Assembly: GCA_963823665.1 (NCBI GenBank)
Contig: CAWGMQ010000008.1
Location: 2,016,001-2,080,000, forward strand
Source: an uncultured Planctomycetota bacterium
GTDB taxonomy: Bacteria; Planctomycetota; Planctomycetia; Isosphaerales; Isosphaeraceae
DNA: 64,000 bases
Reading direction: 5' to 3'
The position numbers and the translations under genes were made by a program. A model generated the notes under the pieces. The model saw only the letters and a list, made by a program, of their open reading frames with translations, was not told where the DNA came from and did no database searches. Positions 31,295 through 42,520 of this stretch are shown piece after piece (position 1 is the stretch's first letter; the number at the start of each line of letters is the position of its first letter).

Positions 31295-32158
31295 TCACTT
31301 GCCACCGCGACGCTTCTCTCCACGCGATTTGCCCGAGCGAGGCGCCGCCTTGGCAGACCTTGACGCCGGCTTCTTCTCAGCCGTTCTGGTGGCCGCATGG
31401 TCTCCCCCCTTCCCACCCTTCGCCGTTTTCGCTTCCTCCTTCACCACGCGGCTTGAACCCTGGCGCCCGGCCAGCCGCACCTCCGTCTTGCGATTGAGCG
31501 CGAACACGCAGATCTTGCGCAGTTCACACCGCGAGCAATCCGGCTCGACCTCAACGCAGGTGTCGTTGGTCAGATCCTCCATCAAATCCAGAAACTCGGC
31601 GCCGCGGTTCTTGGGCACCGCGCGCTCAAGCACGGCACGCAACACAGGTACCTCGGGTTCCGAGAAACCCAGACGCTGCAAGGCACGCTGGCCCGGCTTA
31701 TCGACCGGTATCGCATGCCCCCCGAGCGCGTGTTGGATTACCGTCGCTGTCACGTAGTCCGACTCGAAGGCATCGTACGTACGCAGCACCTTGAGCGCTT
31801 CCTTGAGCGGCTTCTTGGCCAGCACGTCGAGCGTGAACCCGTACGTCCTGTTGAAAAGCTGCCGCAGGAATCGGCGGATGCGCTGCGCCCTTGTCTCGGG
31901 TTCGGGAACCCCGGCAAGCGTCCTTTGAATCTCGTCGACGCTGCTCACCCGGATCTCATTCCAGTCGAAAAAGTCGTCGTTGAACCGCGACAGGGCCTGG
32001 TTGGCATGCTCGCGAGTCGTGTCTTCGTGACAGATCCCATACACCACGGCGCTTAACACCGAAAGCTTGGGAGCACTCCGATCGACCTTCGGCTTGTATC
32101 GCCGCTTGAGCAGGGTGTGAATGTTGTTCAGGAGCTGTGTCTTGCTTTGTGATGCCAT
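31295..32158 (-). CDS. Endonuclease III-like (HhH-GPD) protein with 4Fe-4S motif and basic tail
   Basis: 'DWNEIRVS', 'IPVD', C-x6-C-x2-C-x5-C. Confidence 0.75.
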   Translation of the reverse strand: MASQSKTQLLNNIHTLLKRRYKPKVDRSAPKLSVLSAVVYGICHEDTTREHANQALSRFNDDFFDWNEIRVSSVDEIQRTLAGVPEPETRAQRIRRFLRQLFNRTYGFTLDVLAKKPLKEALKVLRTYDAFESDYVTATVIQHALGGHAIPVDKPGQRALQRLGFSEPEVPVLRAVLERAVPKNRGAEFLDLMEDLTNDTCVEVEPDCSRCELRKICVFALNRKTEVRLAGRQGSSRVVKEEAKTAKGGKGGDHAATRTAEKKPASRSAKAAPRSGKSRGEKRRGGK

Positions 32159-32235
32159 TGGTATCAATGAATGTTTAAATGGTCTTCAGGCGCGGCTACA
32201 GCCGAGCCCTCAGGAAAAAACGAGCTCGGCCGCCA

Positions 32236-32694
32236 TCACAAGGTCGTTGAATCCGCCAACTGGACCCCTTGCGCGGTTTCCGGGTCGACCGCGACTTGCT
32301 CGTGCTGGCTCTCGAGAGCGGCTCGAGCTGATTCATCCCTCATCCGCAGGTCCGATGCAACCGCGTCGTCGATCAGGCGACCGAGCTCGGCCGATTTCCT
32401 CACGCTGTCGTCGTATTTGAATGAAAGCACCGGAGTGAACCGAGTTTGCAACCGGGCCGCAACCCGAGCTTGAAGAAAGCCCGCGGCATGGTCCAGTCCC
32501 TTTAACGACCGCTTCCTCTCGCTCTCACTCCCCATGATCGAAACAAAGACGGTCGCGAACCGCAAATCAGCCGTCACTTCAACACGCACCACCGTGACGG
32601 AGCGTACCCGAGGGTCCGCGACTTCGAAGAGAATCGACGTCGCCACCACCTCTCGAATCGCTTCTCCTACCCGCAGGTTTCGATGCGACGCCAT
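32236..32694 (-). CDS. rbfA: Ribosome-binding factor A
   Basis: 'DPRV', 'ADLRFATVF', 'RFTPVLSFKYD'; downstream of infB. Confidence 0.95.
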   Translation of the reverse strand: MASHRNLRVGEAIREVVATSILFEVADPRVRSVTVVRVEVTADLRFATVFVSIMGSESERKRSLKGLDHAAGFLQARVAARLQTRFTPVLSFKYDDSVRKSAELGRLIDDAVASDLRMRDESARAALESQHEQVAVDPETAQGVQLADSTTL

Positions 32695-32821
32695 TCCACC
32701 ACCCCTCCCTCCGACCTCCGCGGCGAGCCAAACATGATCGCTCCGCCGCGCAGTTCAGGCAAGCAACTCGCTCGCCGACCGATTCCGGTTGTTCGTTTTT
32801 CCCGTCCCCTCGCCGGCCGCT

Positions 32822-35800
32822 CTAGAGCGTCCGGCGAATCACGTCGACTCGATAGGCTTCGATGACGTCGTCAACCTTGATGTCGTCGAAATTGCCGATC
32901 TTGATTCCACACTCAAAGTTCTGCGGCACCTCTTTCACATCGTCCTTGAACCGCTTCAGGGCGTCGATTGATCCCTTGTAGATCTCGCGGCCCTCGCGGA
33001 TCAAGCGCACCTTCCCGGCTCGCTCGATGGTGCCCTGTGTAACGAAACAACCGGCGACTGCCCCGACCTTGGAGATCTTGAACACCTGCCGCACCACCGC
33101 GCGCCCCAGGTGAACTTCCTTGATCTCCGGCACGAGCATCCCTTCGACAGCCTTCTTTATATCATCCGTCACCTGGTAGATGATGTCGTAACGGCGGATC
33201 TCGATCTTCTTTTCCTCGGCGAGCGTGATCGCCCGGTCCTCAGGTGCAACCCGGAACCCGATCACGATGGCCTGCGAAGCGTCAGCCAGCACCACGTCGC
33301 TTTCGGTGATCCCACCGACTCCCTTGAGGAGAATGCGAATCGGTACTTCCTCATTCGTGAGCTTTTCGAGCTCCTTGGTGAGCGCCTCGATCGACCCCTG
33401 CACATCCGCCTTCAAGATCAGGTTCAGCGATTTCAGCTTCCGCTCGGCCATCGTCGAGTAGAGGTTTTCGAGCGTCACGGCCTGTCGATCCGCGTGCAGC
33501 GCCTCCCGGGCACGGTTGCGCCGCGCTTCGGCAACCTCTCGCGCACTGGCTATGTCGTCGACGACGGCGAAATTCTCCCCAGCCGTCGGCACGACGTCCA
33601 GACCCGAGACCTCAACCGGCGTGGACGGGCCGGCCTCCTCGACCGAGATTCCTTTGTCGTTGAAGATCGCGCGAACCCGGCCAAAACCATCGCCGCACAC
33701 GATCACGTCGCCCACCCGCAGCGTTCCTTCTCGGACCAGCACCGAAGCAACTACACCCCGGCCCTCGGAAAGAGACGCTTCCAGGCACGTCCCGGTCGCC
33801 GGCCGGGTCGGGTCGGCCTTGAGTTCATGCAGCTCGGCAATCGTTTCCAGCGTGGTGAGCAGATCGGCGATGCCCACTCCGCTCGTGGCCGAAGTCTTCA
33901 CGACCTCCGTCTCCCCCCCCACTCAGCCGGATGCAGCTCCTGCTGCGAAAGCTCACCGTAAATCTTGTTGATATTCGCCGAAGTATCGACGTTGGGCAGA
34001 TCGATCTTGTTGAGCGCAACCACGATCGGCACGCTCGCCGCCTTGGCGTGGGCGATTGCCTCGATCGTCTGGGGCATCACGCCGTCGTCGGCTGCCACGA
34101 CCAGCACCACAATGTCGGTCACGTTGGCGCCGCGGCGCGCATCGCGGTGAATGCCTCGTGGCCCGGCGTGTCGACGAATGTGATCGCCCGGCCGTTCGAT
34201 TCGACCTGGTACGCACCGATGTGCTGGGTGATGCCTCCGCTCTCCGAATCCACGACGTTGGATTTCCGGATCCGATCCAGGAGCGACGTCTTGCCGTGGT
34301 CGACGTGCCCCAAGATCGTGATCACCGGCGGCCGAGGCCGGAGGTTCTCGGAATTGGCCGTGCTCGCAAAAGCAGCCAGCATCTCGTCCTCGGCTGTGTG
34401 CGGATGAACCACCACCAATTCGCTGCCGAACTCGATGGCCAGCACAACCGCCAGCTCGTCGTCGAGCGAGGCGTTGATATTGACCATCTGGTTCATTCCC
34501 ATCAGCTTCCGAAGCAAGTCCTGGGCCTTCACCCCGATCGCCTCCGAAAGGCTGCGGACCGTGATCGGAGGCTCGATCTCGATGTGCGTTCTTCGCGGCG
34601 ACGCAACGGCGAGCCGCTGATTGCGGTTCTTCCGGCTCCCCGAGCGGGTCCGCCGCGTCTCCTCTTCGTCGACCAGCAGGGCCGAAACCGCCACCGGAGA
34701 AGTCACCCGGCGCTCCCCGGCGCGTTCGCTTCGCCGTGCACGGCGGCCGGCACGGTCCGCCGCCGACCCCAGTCGCCCTGCCTTCGACTTGCGGTCTTCT
34801 TCCTCGTCGATCATCACGGGCGCGACCGGATGCGGGCCTGGCGGAGATCCAGGCCGGCGCACGGCCGGACCACCACCCAGCAGCGGCGCGCCCCCGGGAC
34901 GCGGTGCACCCGGAAACCCGCCCGAACGTTCTGGATGGCCGCTCCGCTCACCAACCCCCGGTGCCGCGGTCCCACCACCGCCGGGCGATTGAAGATGCCC
35001 GAGCTGCCCGGTCTTCATCAAGCGCAGCAACTCGTCCTTCGTCATCGATTTGTCGGGACGCTGCGTCTTGAGCGCTGGACCAGGCGCACTCGGCCGCGAC
35101 GCAGACGGAGACGGCCGCGGAGCACTCGCCGCCGCCACCTGGGGCAGCGGTGGTCCTTTCCGCGCGCCGCTTCCACCGGAGTCTCGCCGTCCCGATTCTC
35201 CCCCGGATTCGCCGGCAGGCCGCCGCGACAGCGATGAGGGCGGCGGTGCCGGGCTCACTCGCGGCGTCATCGTGCGAATCCCCGCCGAAGACATGTAATC
35301 CCCAGGCTTCAAGGGCTGGAAACCGCCGGGCGTCTCTCCCGTGGTCGACCCCCCGAGCGAGCTCGCCTGTCCCCCGCGCGGCTCCATCCGGCCCGAAGGC
35401 GCTGGCCCGGAAGAGTCCTGCCGACCGCCCGATCCGCGATGTGGTGTATGCGCCGACAACGGCCCGCCACCAGATCGTGAGCTCGAGAATCCGCCGTGGC
35501 GCGACAACGGCGCGGCCGACGGCGAAGCCGGCCGTGCCGGTCCCTGCGATCCCCCCTGGCCCGCACCCGGGGAACTGACGGTGCGCCCGAGAGCGCCGGA
35601 CCGGAGGCCGCCTTGGCCACGGGCGCCGCCGCCGGGCTGCTCCCCGGCGCCAGCACTTGCGAACCCGCCGCCGAGCCTCGAGCCGTGGTTTCCGAACGAA
35701 CTTGCGTTTGTGGCGCACTCGACGAAGACGACACCGGCGATGAGGGCGGAGAGATCCCCGCAGACTTCATCGGCGGCGAATCCTTCGAGCCTGGCCGGGA

Positions 35801-36052
35801 TGGCTGCGGAGCGGCCGAAACAGCCGGCTGCGCCGGTGATGCCGCGGGTCGCGCGCCCTGCGACCCACTCGAGCCACCAGCCTGGCCTGACGCCGAGCGA
35901 GCGCTCAAGTCCCTGATCCGGTCAACGGTCGCCTGATCCAGACTGGCGAAGTTGCTCGCCTTGACATCAAGCCCCCAGCTCAGAATCCGCTCCAGCAGCT
36001 CCGCGCTCTTCAAACCTAGCTCTTTGGCCAGCTCGTGCACTCGCGTCGACAA
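32822..36052 (-). CDS. infB: Translation initiation factor IF-2, split across frames by about three indels (likely sequencing errors)
   Basis: TTG start with GGAGG SD, '[10 protein letters not shown]', 'GHVDHGKT', 'DTPGH', 'NKID', '[11 protein letters not shown]'. Confidence 0.95.
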
Positions 36053-36358
36053 AGGCAGCTCCTCCAGAATCGAGTTCCGGTGTTCCGGGTCCGTCACAAC
36101 CCGGGTGTATGCTCGATGGTTCAGGTAAATCTCTCGCCACCCCGCCCCTTGGTCACATTCTCTTTGACTGAATCTCGGCCCGCGTCGTTCCGCCGGGCCC
36201 GCCATTCCTCCGGGCATTCCCTCTAGTATGCAGCGCCGGCCTCGCAATTGCGAGCCGAACGGTCCCCGTTCTCAACCGATCCTCGCGGATGTCGACAAAG
36301 CGGCGGGACCCCGGTAATCGGCTGACCCGGAGCCGCAATGTGCGCCCGCGAGCCGGTG

Positions 36359-38017
36359 TCAGGGTTTGTCTCCGGACCGGCCGCCTGCGCTTTCGGCAGC
36401 GCGATCCGCCCGGGAGGTTGGCGTGGATGCACCCGAGCCGCGCTTGGGTGCGGTTTGCTCGACCGCCTCGGTCACGATGCGAATCCCCTCGCCTTGATCA
36501 TTCTCGCTCGGCGGGAAAGTCACCTCGTGACCCTGCGGGGAATAATTTGAAGTCTCGACTGCCAGAGCCACATCGTGGATCTCTGCTTCACTGGCCTCGT
36601 CACGCTCCAGATCCGTGTTGTCGTCAGGGGAAGGCTCGCCGGCGACCGCGGCCGGTGGCTCGGTAGGCAAAGCCGAACCTCCCTCCGCGATCGCGTCATC
36701 GGCACCGGCTGCACCGGAATCGGCGTCCACGTCATCGAATTCCTGGTCACCTTGCGACTCGGTCTCGGTCTCGAGAACGGCCGCCTCGGAATCTCCCGCG
36801 TCGGCCGACTCGATCGCCGGTGCCGGCTCACTGGCTGACGCCCTTGATCCCTTCCGGCGCGGTAGCTCCTCGCTTTGCTCCTCGGCGAGAACCTCGGCCC
36901 TCGCAACAATTTCGACAGTTTGTTCTTCGGTTAAACCCTCAATTGTGTTCACCAGATCACTGATTTCCATGACCGAAAGATCATCAAAGCTCAGAATCCC
37001 TTGCTCGACCAGCCGCTCGGCAAGCTCGACATCCACCCCGTCAATCCTCTCGAACGCCTTCACCGCCTTCTCGATCACCTCCTCGAGTTCCTCCGCAGTC
37101 ATGATCTCGATGTCCCAGCCGACGAGCTTCGAGGCCAGCCGCACGTTTTGACCACGACGGCCAATCGCCAGTGAGAGCTGATCGTCACGCACCAGAACGA
37201 TCCCACGGCCCAGAAGATGACACAACATCACCTCGTCGATCTCGGCCGGTTGAAGCGCGTTCGGAATCAGCACCTGAAGCGACTCGTTCCACCGGACGAT
37301 GTCGATACGCTCCCCGCCCAGCTCGTCGACAATATTCTTGATGCGCGTGCCGCGAACACCCACGCACGCTCCGACGGCGTCAACCTTGGTGTCGATCGAT
37401 GTCACCGCCACTTTCGAACGATAGCCAGCCTCTCTCGCAAGCGCCCGGATCGCGATGATCTGATCGGCGATCTCGGGAATCTCCAGCTCGAACAGCCGTC
37501 GCACGAAGTCGGGGTGAGTCCTGCTCAGGATGATCTTGACCCGCTGGCCAACCTTCCTCACGTCCAGGATGATGGCCCGGATCCGCTCGTTCGGGTGATA
37601 GCTCTCACCCGGAATCTGCTCGCTCCTGGGTAGGATCGCATCCGTCTTTCCCAGGTTCACGATGACGGCCCCACCCTCGAACCGCTGCACCGTCCCCGTC
37701 ACCAGATCGCTTCGCTGGTCCTCGAACTCGTCAAACAGACTGTCACGCTCCGCTTCGCGGATCTTCTGAATGATCACTTGCTTGGCCGTCTGTGCGGCAA
37801 TCCGCCCCAGCAGGGCCGGGTCCATCTTGACCCCGTCCTTCGTCGCTTCGATCGCCCCCGAATCCGGGTCAATGCGCACCTCGATCTCGGCCGCTTCCGG
37901 ATAGTGCTTCCGCGCCGCAGTACTGAGGGCCGATTGAATCCCATCGAAAAGAATATCCTTCGAGATATTCTTGTCGCGGTGAATGCTATCGACGATGCGA
38001 ACCAGATCGACGCTCAT
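36359..38017 (-). CDS. nusA: Transcription termination/antitermination factor NusA with acidic C-terminal extension
   Basis: '[12 protein letters not shown]', 'LFELEIPEI', 'GACVGVRG', '[12 protein letters not shown]'. Confidence 0.97.
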   Translation of the reverse strand: MSVDLVRIVDSIHRDKNISKDILFDGIQSALSTAARKHYPEAAEIEVRIDPDSGAIEATKDGVKMDPALLGRIAAQTAKQVIIQKIREAERDSLFDEFEDQRSDLVTGTVQRFEGGAVIVNLGKTDAILPRSEQIPGESYHPNERIRAIILDVRKVGQRVKIILSRTHPDFVRRLFELEIPEIADQIIAIRALAREAGYRSKVAVTSIDTKVDAVGACVGVRGTRIKNIVDELGGERIDIVRWNESLQVLIPNALQPAEIDEVMLCHLLGRGIVLVRDDQLSLAIGRRGQNVRLASKLVGWDIEIMTAEELEEVIEKAVKAFERIDGVDVELAERLVEQGILSFDDLSVMEISDLVNTIEGLTEEQTVEIVARAEVLAEEQSEELPRRKGSRASASEPAPAIESADAGDSEAAVLETETESQGDQEFDDVDADSGAAGADDAIAEGGSALPTEPPAAVAGEPSPDDNTDLERDEASEAEIHDVALAVETSNYSPQGHEVTFPPSENDQGEGIRIVTEAVEQTAPKRGSGASTPTSRADRAAESAGGRSGDKP

Positions 38018-38290
38018 TCGTCTCCTCCGAGGTGTGCTCGATGCCACTGGGCGCCGGCCTGCTCCTCGACCGGATCGAACCCGTAGAGGCGCAAACCGCC
38101 GGAAATCCTCCCCCCAAGACAGGGCTCGGACTTCCGATTCTGGTGCGCCAGCGAGCAACACCTCCTTGGAACCACCCTACCGCTCAGAGACACGACAAGC
38201 TGAGCGCAGGGAGCGAGCCAAGCCCCTGACGGGCCGAGCCCGACGAACGAATTCTCCAGCCCCGGCCCCGGTTTGCTATTTAACACGACG

Positions 38291-38306
38291 TTGACAGGAC
38301 TGTCAA
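38291..38306. promoter_or_regulatory. Palindrome TTGACAG-GA-CTGTCAA between divergent nusA and tatD (back-to-back -35 boxes or an operator)
   Basis: Perfect 7-bp arms, each containing TTGACA. Confidence 0.45.
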
Positions 38307-38412
38307 GCAGCCCAAGAATGGAAAGGTAATTGCCTTGAAGGGATTGCGGCCAGCCCCTCACGGCTCGAAACCCACTCAAATCTGCCCCCCGCACGCCCCT
38401 CGCTCCCGAAAC

Positions 38413-39231
38413 ATGAATCCCCCGACGCCGGGCACCTACCCCGGACCACTCGTTGATACCCACGCTCACCTGGACGACCGGCGACTTCGCGCCGACCTCC
38501 CCGCGATTCTCGAGCGCGCGTCGAGCGCGGGAGTCTCCCAGATCATCGCCATCGGCATCACCGCAGCCTCGAGCATCGGCTCGCTCGAGCTCGCCAGAGA
38601 AAACCGGGGAATCTTCGCCTCCATCGGCATCCATCCCAACGAGGCGGCCGAATTTGGCCAGGAAGACTGGCCCAGAATCCTCGACATACTCGGCAGCCCC
38701 GGCGTTGTCGCCATCGGCGAAACCGGCCTCGACCGATACTGGCACCACACCCCTTTCACCCAGCAACAAGAATGGTTCGATCGACACCTCGCCCTCGCTC
38801 GCGACCATGACCTGCCAATCGTCATCCATTGCCGCGATTGCCAGCAAGATATCATCCAACAATTGCAGCGATTTGGTGCTCCAATACGTGGGGTAATGCA
38901 TTCATTCACCGGGTCCTGGGATGATGCAGAGGCCTACCTGTCTTTGGGGTTACATCTTTCCTTCGCCGGAATGATCACCTTCACGAACAAGGCACTCGAC
39001 CCTCTGCGCGAAGTGGCCGCTCGAATGCCGCTTGACCGCCTCCTGGTCGAAACCGACAGCCCCTATCTCACGCCCCATCCGTTCCGCGGCAAGATCAATG
39101 AGCCCGCGCGTGTCGCATTGACCGCCGCAAAGCTAGCCGAAATCCGCGGCCTCACTTCCACAGACCTGGCTGCACTCTCCACACAGAACGCCCGTGCACT
39201 TTTCCGCCTGCCCTACGACGAAACGCTCTGA
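38413..39231 (+). CDS. tatD: TatD family nuclease
   Basis: 'DTHAHL', 'GIHP', 'IGETGLD', 'IHCR', 'HSF', 'ETDSPYL'. Confidence 0.93.
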   Translation: MNPPTPGTYPGPLVDTHAHLDDRRLRADLPAILERASSAGVSQIIAIGITAASSIGSLELARENRGIFASIGIHPNEAAEFGQEDWPRILDILGSPGVVAIGETGLDRYWHHTPFTQQQEWFDRHLALARDHDLPIVIHCRDCQQDIIQQLQRFGAPIRGVMHSFTGSWDDAEAYLSLGLHLSFAGMITFTNKALDPLREVAARMPLDRLLVETDSPYLTPHPFRGKINEPARVALTAAKLAEIRGLTSTDLAALSTQNARALFRLPYDETL

Positions 39232-39489
39232 TTCTCGTCGGCCGGTGATCATCTCGGTCGGATCTCACCCTACAGACTCCCCAAGCCGCACGATCGGTCC
39301 ATTCATCGCGAGCGCGCTCCAGAATTGCACCGTTTCGCCTCGACGCAGGTAGTAATCTAGTTTGTAATCGTGCGCCGCGGCATGGAATGTGCCCTATAGC
39401 AGGCTGTTCAGTTCGCCGTAAATACCTCTGCCGAGGTCTTTTCGGCGTCGCATTTCGTTTGTCGAGCAAGTGAGTGAGAGAGGACCGCC

Positions 39490-39723
39490 ATGAGTCTGAG
39501 CAGCGTGCTCAGTGAGGTGTGGGAGATCGTACCGGTCGTCATTCTCCTCTCGGTGGGTGGCTTGATCGCTCTGCGCAGCGGTGACGAACGCTCAAGCTCA
39601 GGATGGAATCTCCGCCAGACCGCCCGCAACATCTCACAGATGGTCCTCCGCGTAGCCGGTTACGTCGCCGTCCTCTTCGCCCTCCAATACTTCGTCGGCC
39701 AGCGCCCCATGCTGGGCTGGTAA
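39490..39723 (+). CDS. Small membrane protein (two TM helices)
   Basis: GAGGA SD; two hydrophobic segments. Confidence 0.65.
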   Translation: MSLSSVLSEVWEIVPVVILLSVGGLIALRSGDERSSSGWNLRQTARNISQMVLRVAGYVAVLFALQYFVGQRPMLGW

Positions 39724-39764
39724 ACAGCCGGGCGTGCAGCGGGGATTTGCGACGATCTCTCGCT

Positions 39765-39797
39765 CCCTCTCCCACCGGGAGAGGGCCGGGGTGAGGG
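39765..39797 (+). repeat. REP-like palindrome CCCTCTCCC-N3-GGGAGAGGGCCGGGGTGAGGG
   Basis: Between convergent genes; second copy at 40822-40854. Confidence 0.8.
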
Positions 39798-39833
39798 TCC
39801 GTCCGCACGCGACCGCAAATCGCAGACACGCTC

Positions 39834-40619
39834 TCATACGCCGCGAGCGGCAGGGTCCCACAAAATCTTGTGCTGCTGAAGCTGAAGCCGGATCGGCAGG
39901 CCGGATTCGAGGATCAGCTTGGCCAGCGCGGTCGGATGGAACTGACCGAATGCCGCGCTCACGAGGACCGGACACTTTGCCGTGAGACGGCGCGTACGGA
40001 TCACATCAATCGACCAGTCGAAGTCGTCGCGATCACACACGACGAATTTCACTTCGTCGGTCGGCTTCAGATGTTCCAGGTTTGCCCAGATGTTGGAGGC
40101 CGCCTCGCCCGAGCCTGGCGTCTTGACGTCGAGGATGATCCGCACGCGTGCGTCCACCGCGCCGGTGTCAACGGCGCCGCTGGTTTCGAGTAACACGGTC
40201 TTGCCCAGGTCGGCAAGCCGGGTCATGAGCGGATAAACCTCGGACTGCAAGAGCGGCTCGCCGCCGGTGATTTCGACCAGATCGTCGCCGAGCGCGAGCG
40301 CGCGGCTGACGACCGTGTCCAGCTCGATAATCTCCCCCTGCGCGAAAGCATGTGGCGTATCGCAGTACACACACCTGAGGTGGCAAGCCGTTAACCGGAT
40401 GAAGACGCACGGCAAACCCGCGAACGTGCTCTCGCCTTGCAGACTCCGGTAAATCTCATGAATGAGCAGCGTCCCCGCAGGTTTGCCCTGCAGCGGTTGC
40501 AACCGATAGGCGCGCGCGATTTCCGGCACCGGCGCCGCCCCATCGATCGCCTCCGCCACCTGGGCAGCCAGCGTCTCGGCGTCCCTCTTTCGATCCTGAA
40601 GTAAAACTTTCGTCATCAT
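39834..40619 (-). CDS. queE: 7-carboxy-7-deazaguanine synthase (radical SAM)
   Basis: 'EIYRSLQGES', CxxxCxxC 'CHLRCVYCDT', 'TGGEPL', 'QQHKILW'. Confidence 0.9.
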   Translation of the reverse strand: MMTKVLLQDRKRDAETLAAQVAEAIDGAAPVPEIARAYRLQPLQGKPAGTLLIHEIYRSLQGESTFAGLPCVFIRLTACHLRCVYCDTPHAFAQGEIIELDTVVSRALALGDDLVEITGGEPLLQSEVYPLMTRLADLGKTVLLETSGAVDTGAVDARVRIILDVKTPGSGEAASNIWANLEHLKPTDEVKFVVCDRDDFDWSIDVIRTRRLTAKCPVLVSAAFGQFHPTALAKLILESGLPIRLQLQQHKILWDPAARGV

Positions 40620-42520
40620 CAGTCCAGGCTCAATTCAACGTGATATACGGATTTGAAATCATCATAAGCCACAAGCACCCTCCCGCCCAGAGCAGCGTGC
40701 CGCCGCAGGCGCCGCGCATTCCTCCCCTCTCGTGGGGTAGGTCCCGCCGCGGGCAGTGGTGGGCGCTCCGCACGCGGCCGGCTTCCCTCCACAACCGACG
40801 CAGGGTCCTTCGAACCTATCTCCCTCTTCCCCCGGGAGAGGGCCGGGGTGAGGGTCTCTGCACAAGCCGTGCGACTCAACATATCCGCGCACCCCGCATC
40901 CAACTCGTGGTCGCCGTCCCGGATCTCACCGAGATCTCGACCACCTTCGGATTTCGAATTTGGAGTTTCGGATTTCGATTCTACACCTTCCTCTTCGTCC
41001 CTGCGGCACTCCGGCCTTGGGTTCGTTCGTAACTTGTCAAGTCGCGAAAAGTCGCCCGAATTCGCCACAACCTCAACATTCTCTTCGTTTTGTGTTGTGA
41101 TCATATCCTGACCAGGTCCAGGTTCGTTCGTCGCGTTTTCCGGTCCCTCGCTCTCCCCGGCGAAGCGCTCAACGTCCCCACACACATCCGCTTCGGCCAG
41201 CCCATATCGCTCCCGCGCCGCATCCTCGCCGCTCACTGGCGGGTCGGCATCCGACAGCCCAAAGCACCGTTCCGGCAGCAACCCCTGACACGCCACAACG
41301 TCCTCAGCTTCGACCTTGACCGACTCCCACCCTCTCTCCTCTCTGCCCAATGTAGCAGGCTCACTCCGTGAACCGCCCGCCGCCAACCCCGTCGCCACCC
41401 GATTCTGCTCGCCACCACTCCCAGTGCCATAAGCCGGCGGCGCGATCGGCTCCCCGCGCGCCGACCCTCCGCGCCACGTCTCATCCTTGCCGTTCCACGC
41501 CCCCCGCCTCTCACCCGTCAGCTTCTCGTACACCACGATCGATTGGCGAAGCTCTCGATGGTACTTCAACTCGTAGTCATTAAGTTGCTTGCCCCGCGGG
41601 CTGGTATCAACTCCCTCGCGAGCAACCACTCGCTCGGCCTCGGCGTCCGCGTTCTCTTCATGCGTCTTCAAGATCGCTTCCAGCCGTTCGATACTCCGAT
41701 CCACGATGTCGAGCAAGATCTGCCTGCCCTTGGCTCGATTCTTGAGCGCGGCCAGCTCAGGACACCGCTTGGGCACCTCCTTCCGCAGTTCCGTAAGCTG
41801 ATCCGCATCAAGATCGCTGGCCAGCTCTCGGAACGGTTCCGGCTTCCCCGGCTCGAGCTTGGCACTGGCATAGAAGATCGCAGCGATTTCTTCATCGAAC
41901 CGCGCATCAATCGGCTGATGCCCAAGCAGGCGAATGGCCTGGAACCGATCGGGGCCCTGCCAGAACTTCCCCGGCTCAAGCCGAGCGCGCAGCCCGTACC
42001 AGACGTCAAGAAGATACATCGTCCCCAGCTCGCTCGATTCCAGTTTCTCGACGATCGCGAATGGTTCATCCGGCTCGAGTGGCAGTCCGCTGAACGAAGT
42101 CTTGATCTCGAGTGCAAAGCTCGGCTTGAGTCCATAGGTTCCCATGGATCCGCACCGATTGAAAAACAGGCATTTCCCCAGCGCAAGCACTTCTTCGTGT
42201 TCCTTCTCGTCGGCTTTCTCGATCCGCGTGCGAAATCGTTCCGCGTCCGCCCGCTCGATGCGCTCAAGTTTCGATGCCATCGAGGCGCACCGCGACATGA
42301 TGAATTCCTCGACATCATTACTGGCGTCATGCCGGGCCATCCATTTGCGCCGGCGTTCCTCATACGAGTAAGAAATGTCCTCGATGAGGGCCATTCGTTT
42401 CGAGCGCCGGCCATGGCGCAAAGCATTCATGGATGCGCTGGTGCGCCCGGCGGGAGTGACCGGTCCCCGAGATTTTCGCCCATTCGCCTGGCTGGCTGCA
42501 ATTCTCGCCGCGGATGTCAT
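40619..42520 (-). CDS. Hypothetical protein of the 'A-N-x-R-K-S-x-G-P-x-T...N-A-L-R-H-G' family with a repeat-derived disordered C-terminus
   Basis: MTSAARIAASQANGRKSRGPVTPAGRTSASMNALRHG start; C-terminus contains REP- and heptamer-encoded peptides. Confidence 0.7.
   Translation of the reverse strand: MTSAARIAASQANGRKSRGPVTPAGRTSASMNALRHGRRSKRMALIEDISYSYEERRRKWMARHDASNDVEEFIMSRCASMASKLERIERADAERFRTRIEKADEKEHEEVLALGKCLFFNRCGSMGTYGLKPSFALEIKTSFSGLPLEPDEPFAIVEKLESSELGTMYLLDVWYGLRARLEPGKFWQGPDRFQAIRLLGHQPIDARFDEEIAAIFYASAKLEPGKPEPFRELASDLDADQLTELRKEVPKRCPELAALKNRAKGRQILLDIVDRSIERLEAILKTHEENADAEAERVVAREGVDTSPRGKQLNDYELKYHRELRQSIVVYEKLTGERRGAWNGKDETWRGGSARGEPIAPPAYGTGSGGEQNRVATGLAAGGSRSEPATLGREERGWESVKVEAEDVVACQGLLPERCFGLSDADPPVSGEDAARERYGLAEADVCGDVERFAGESEGPENATNEPGPGQDMITTQNEENVEVVANSGDFSRLDKLRTNPRPECRRDEEEGVESKSETPNSKSEGGRDLGEIRDGDHELDAGCADMLSRTACAETLTPALSRGKREIGSKDPASVVEGSRPRAERPPLPAAGPTPREGRNARRLRRHAALGGRVLVAYDDFKSVYHVELSLD
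40822..40854 (+). repeat. REP-like palindrome inside a CDS (encodes TLTPALSRGKRE)
   Basis: Near-identical to 39765-39797. Confidence 0.8.
40946..40980 (+). repeat. Heptamer tandem repeat, five TTCGRAT-like units, inside a CDS
   Basis: ttcggat ttcgaat ttggagt ttcggat ttcgatt; related array at 46545-46575. Confidence 0.8.

Noticed and set aside
32822..36052. Programmed frameshifting or true pseudogenisation of infB
   Set aside because: Several scattered indels in an essential gene are better explained by sequencing error
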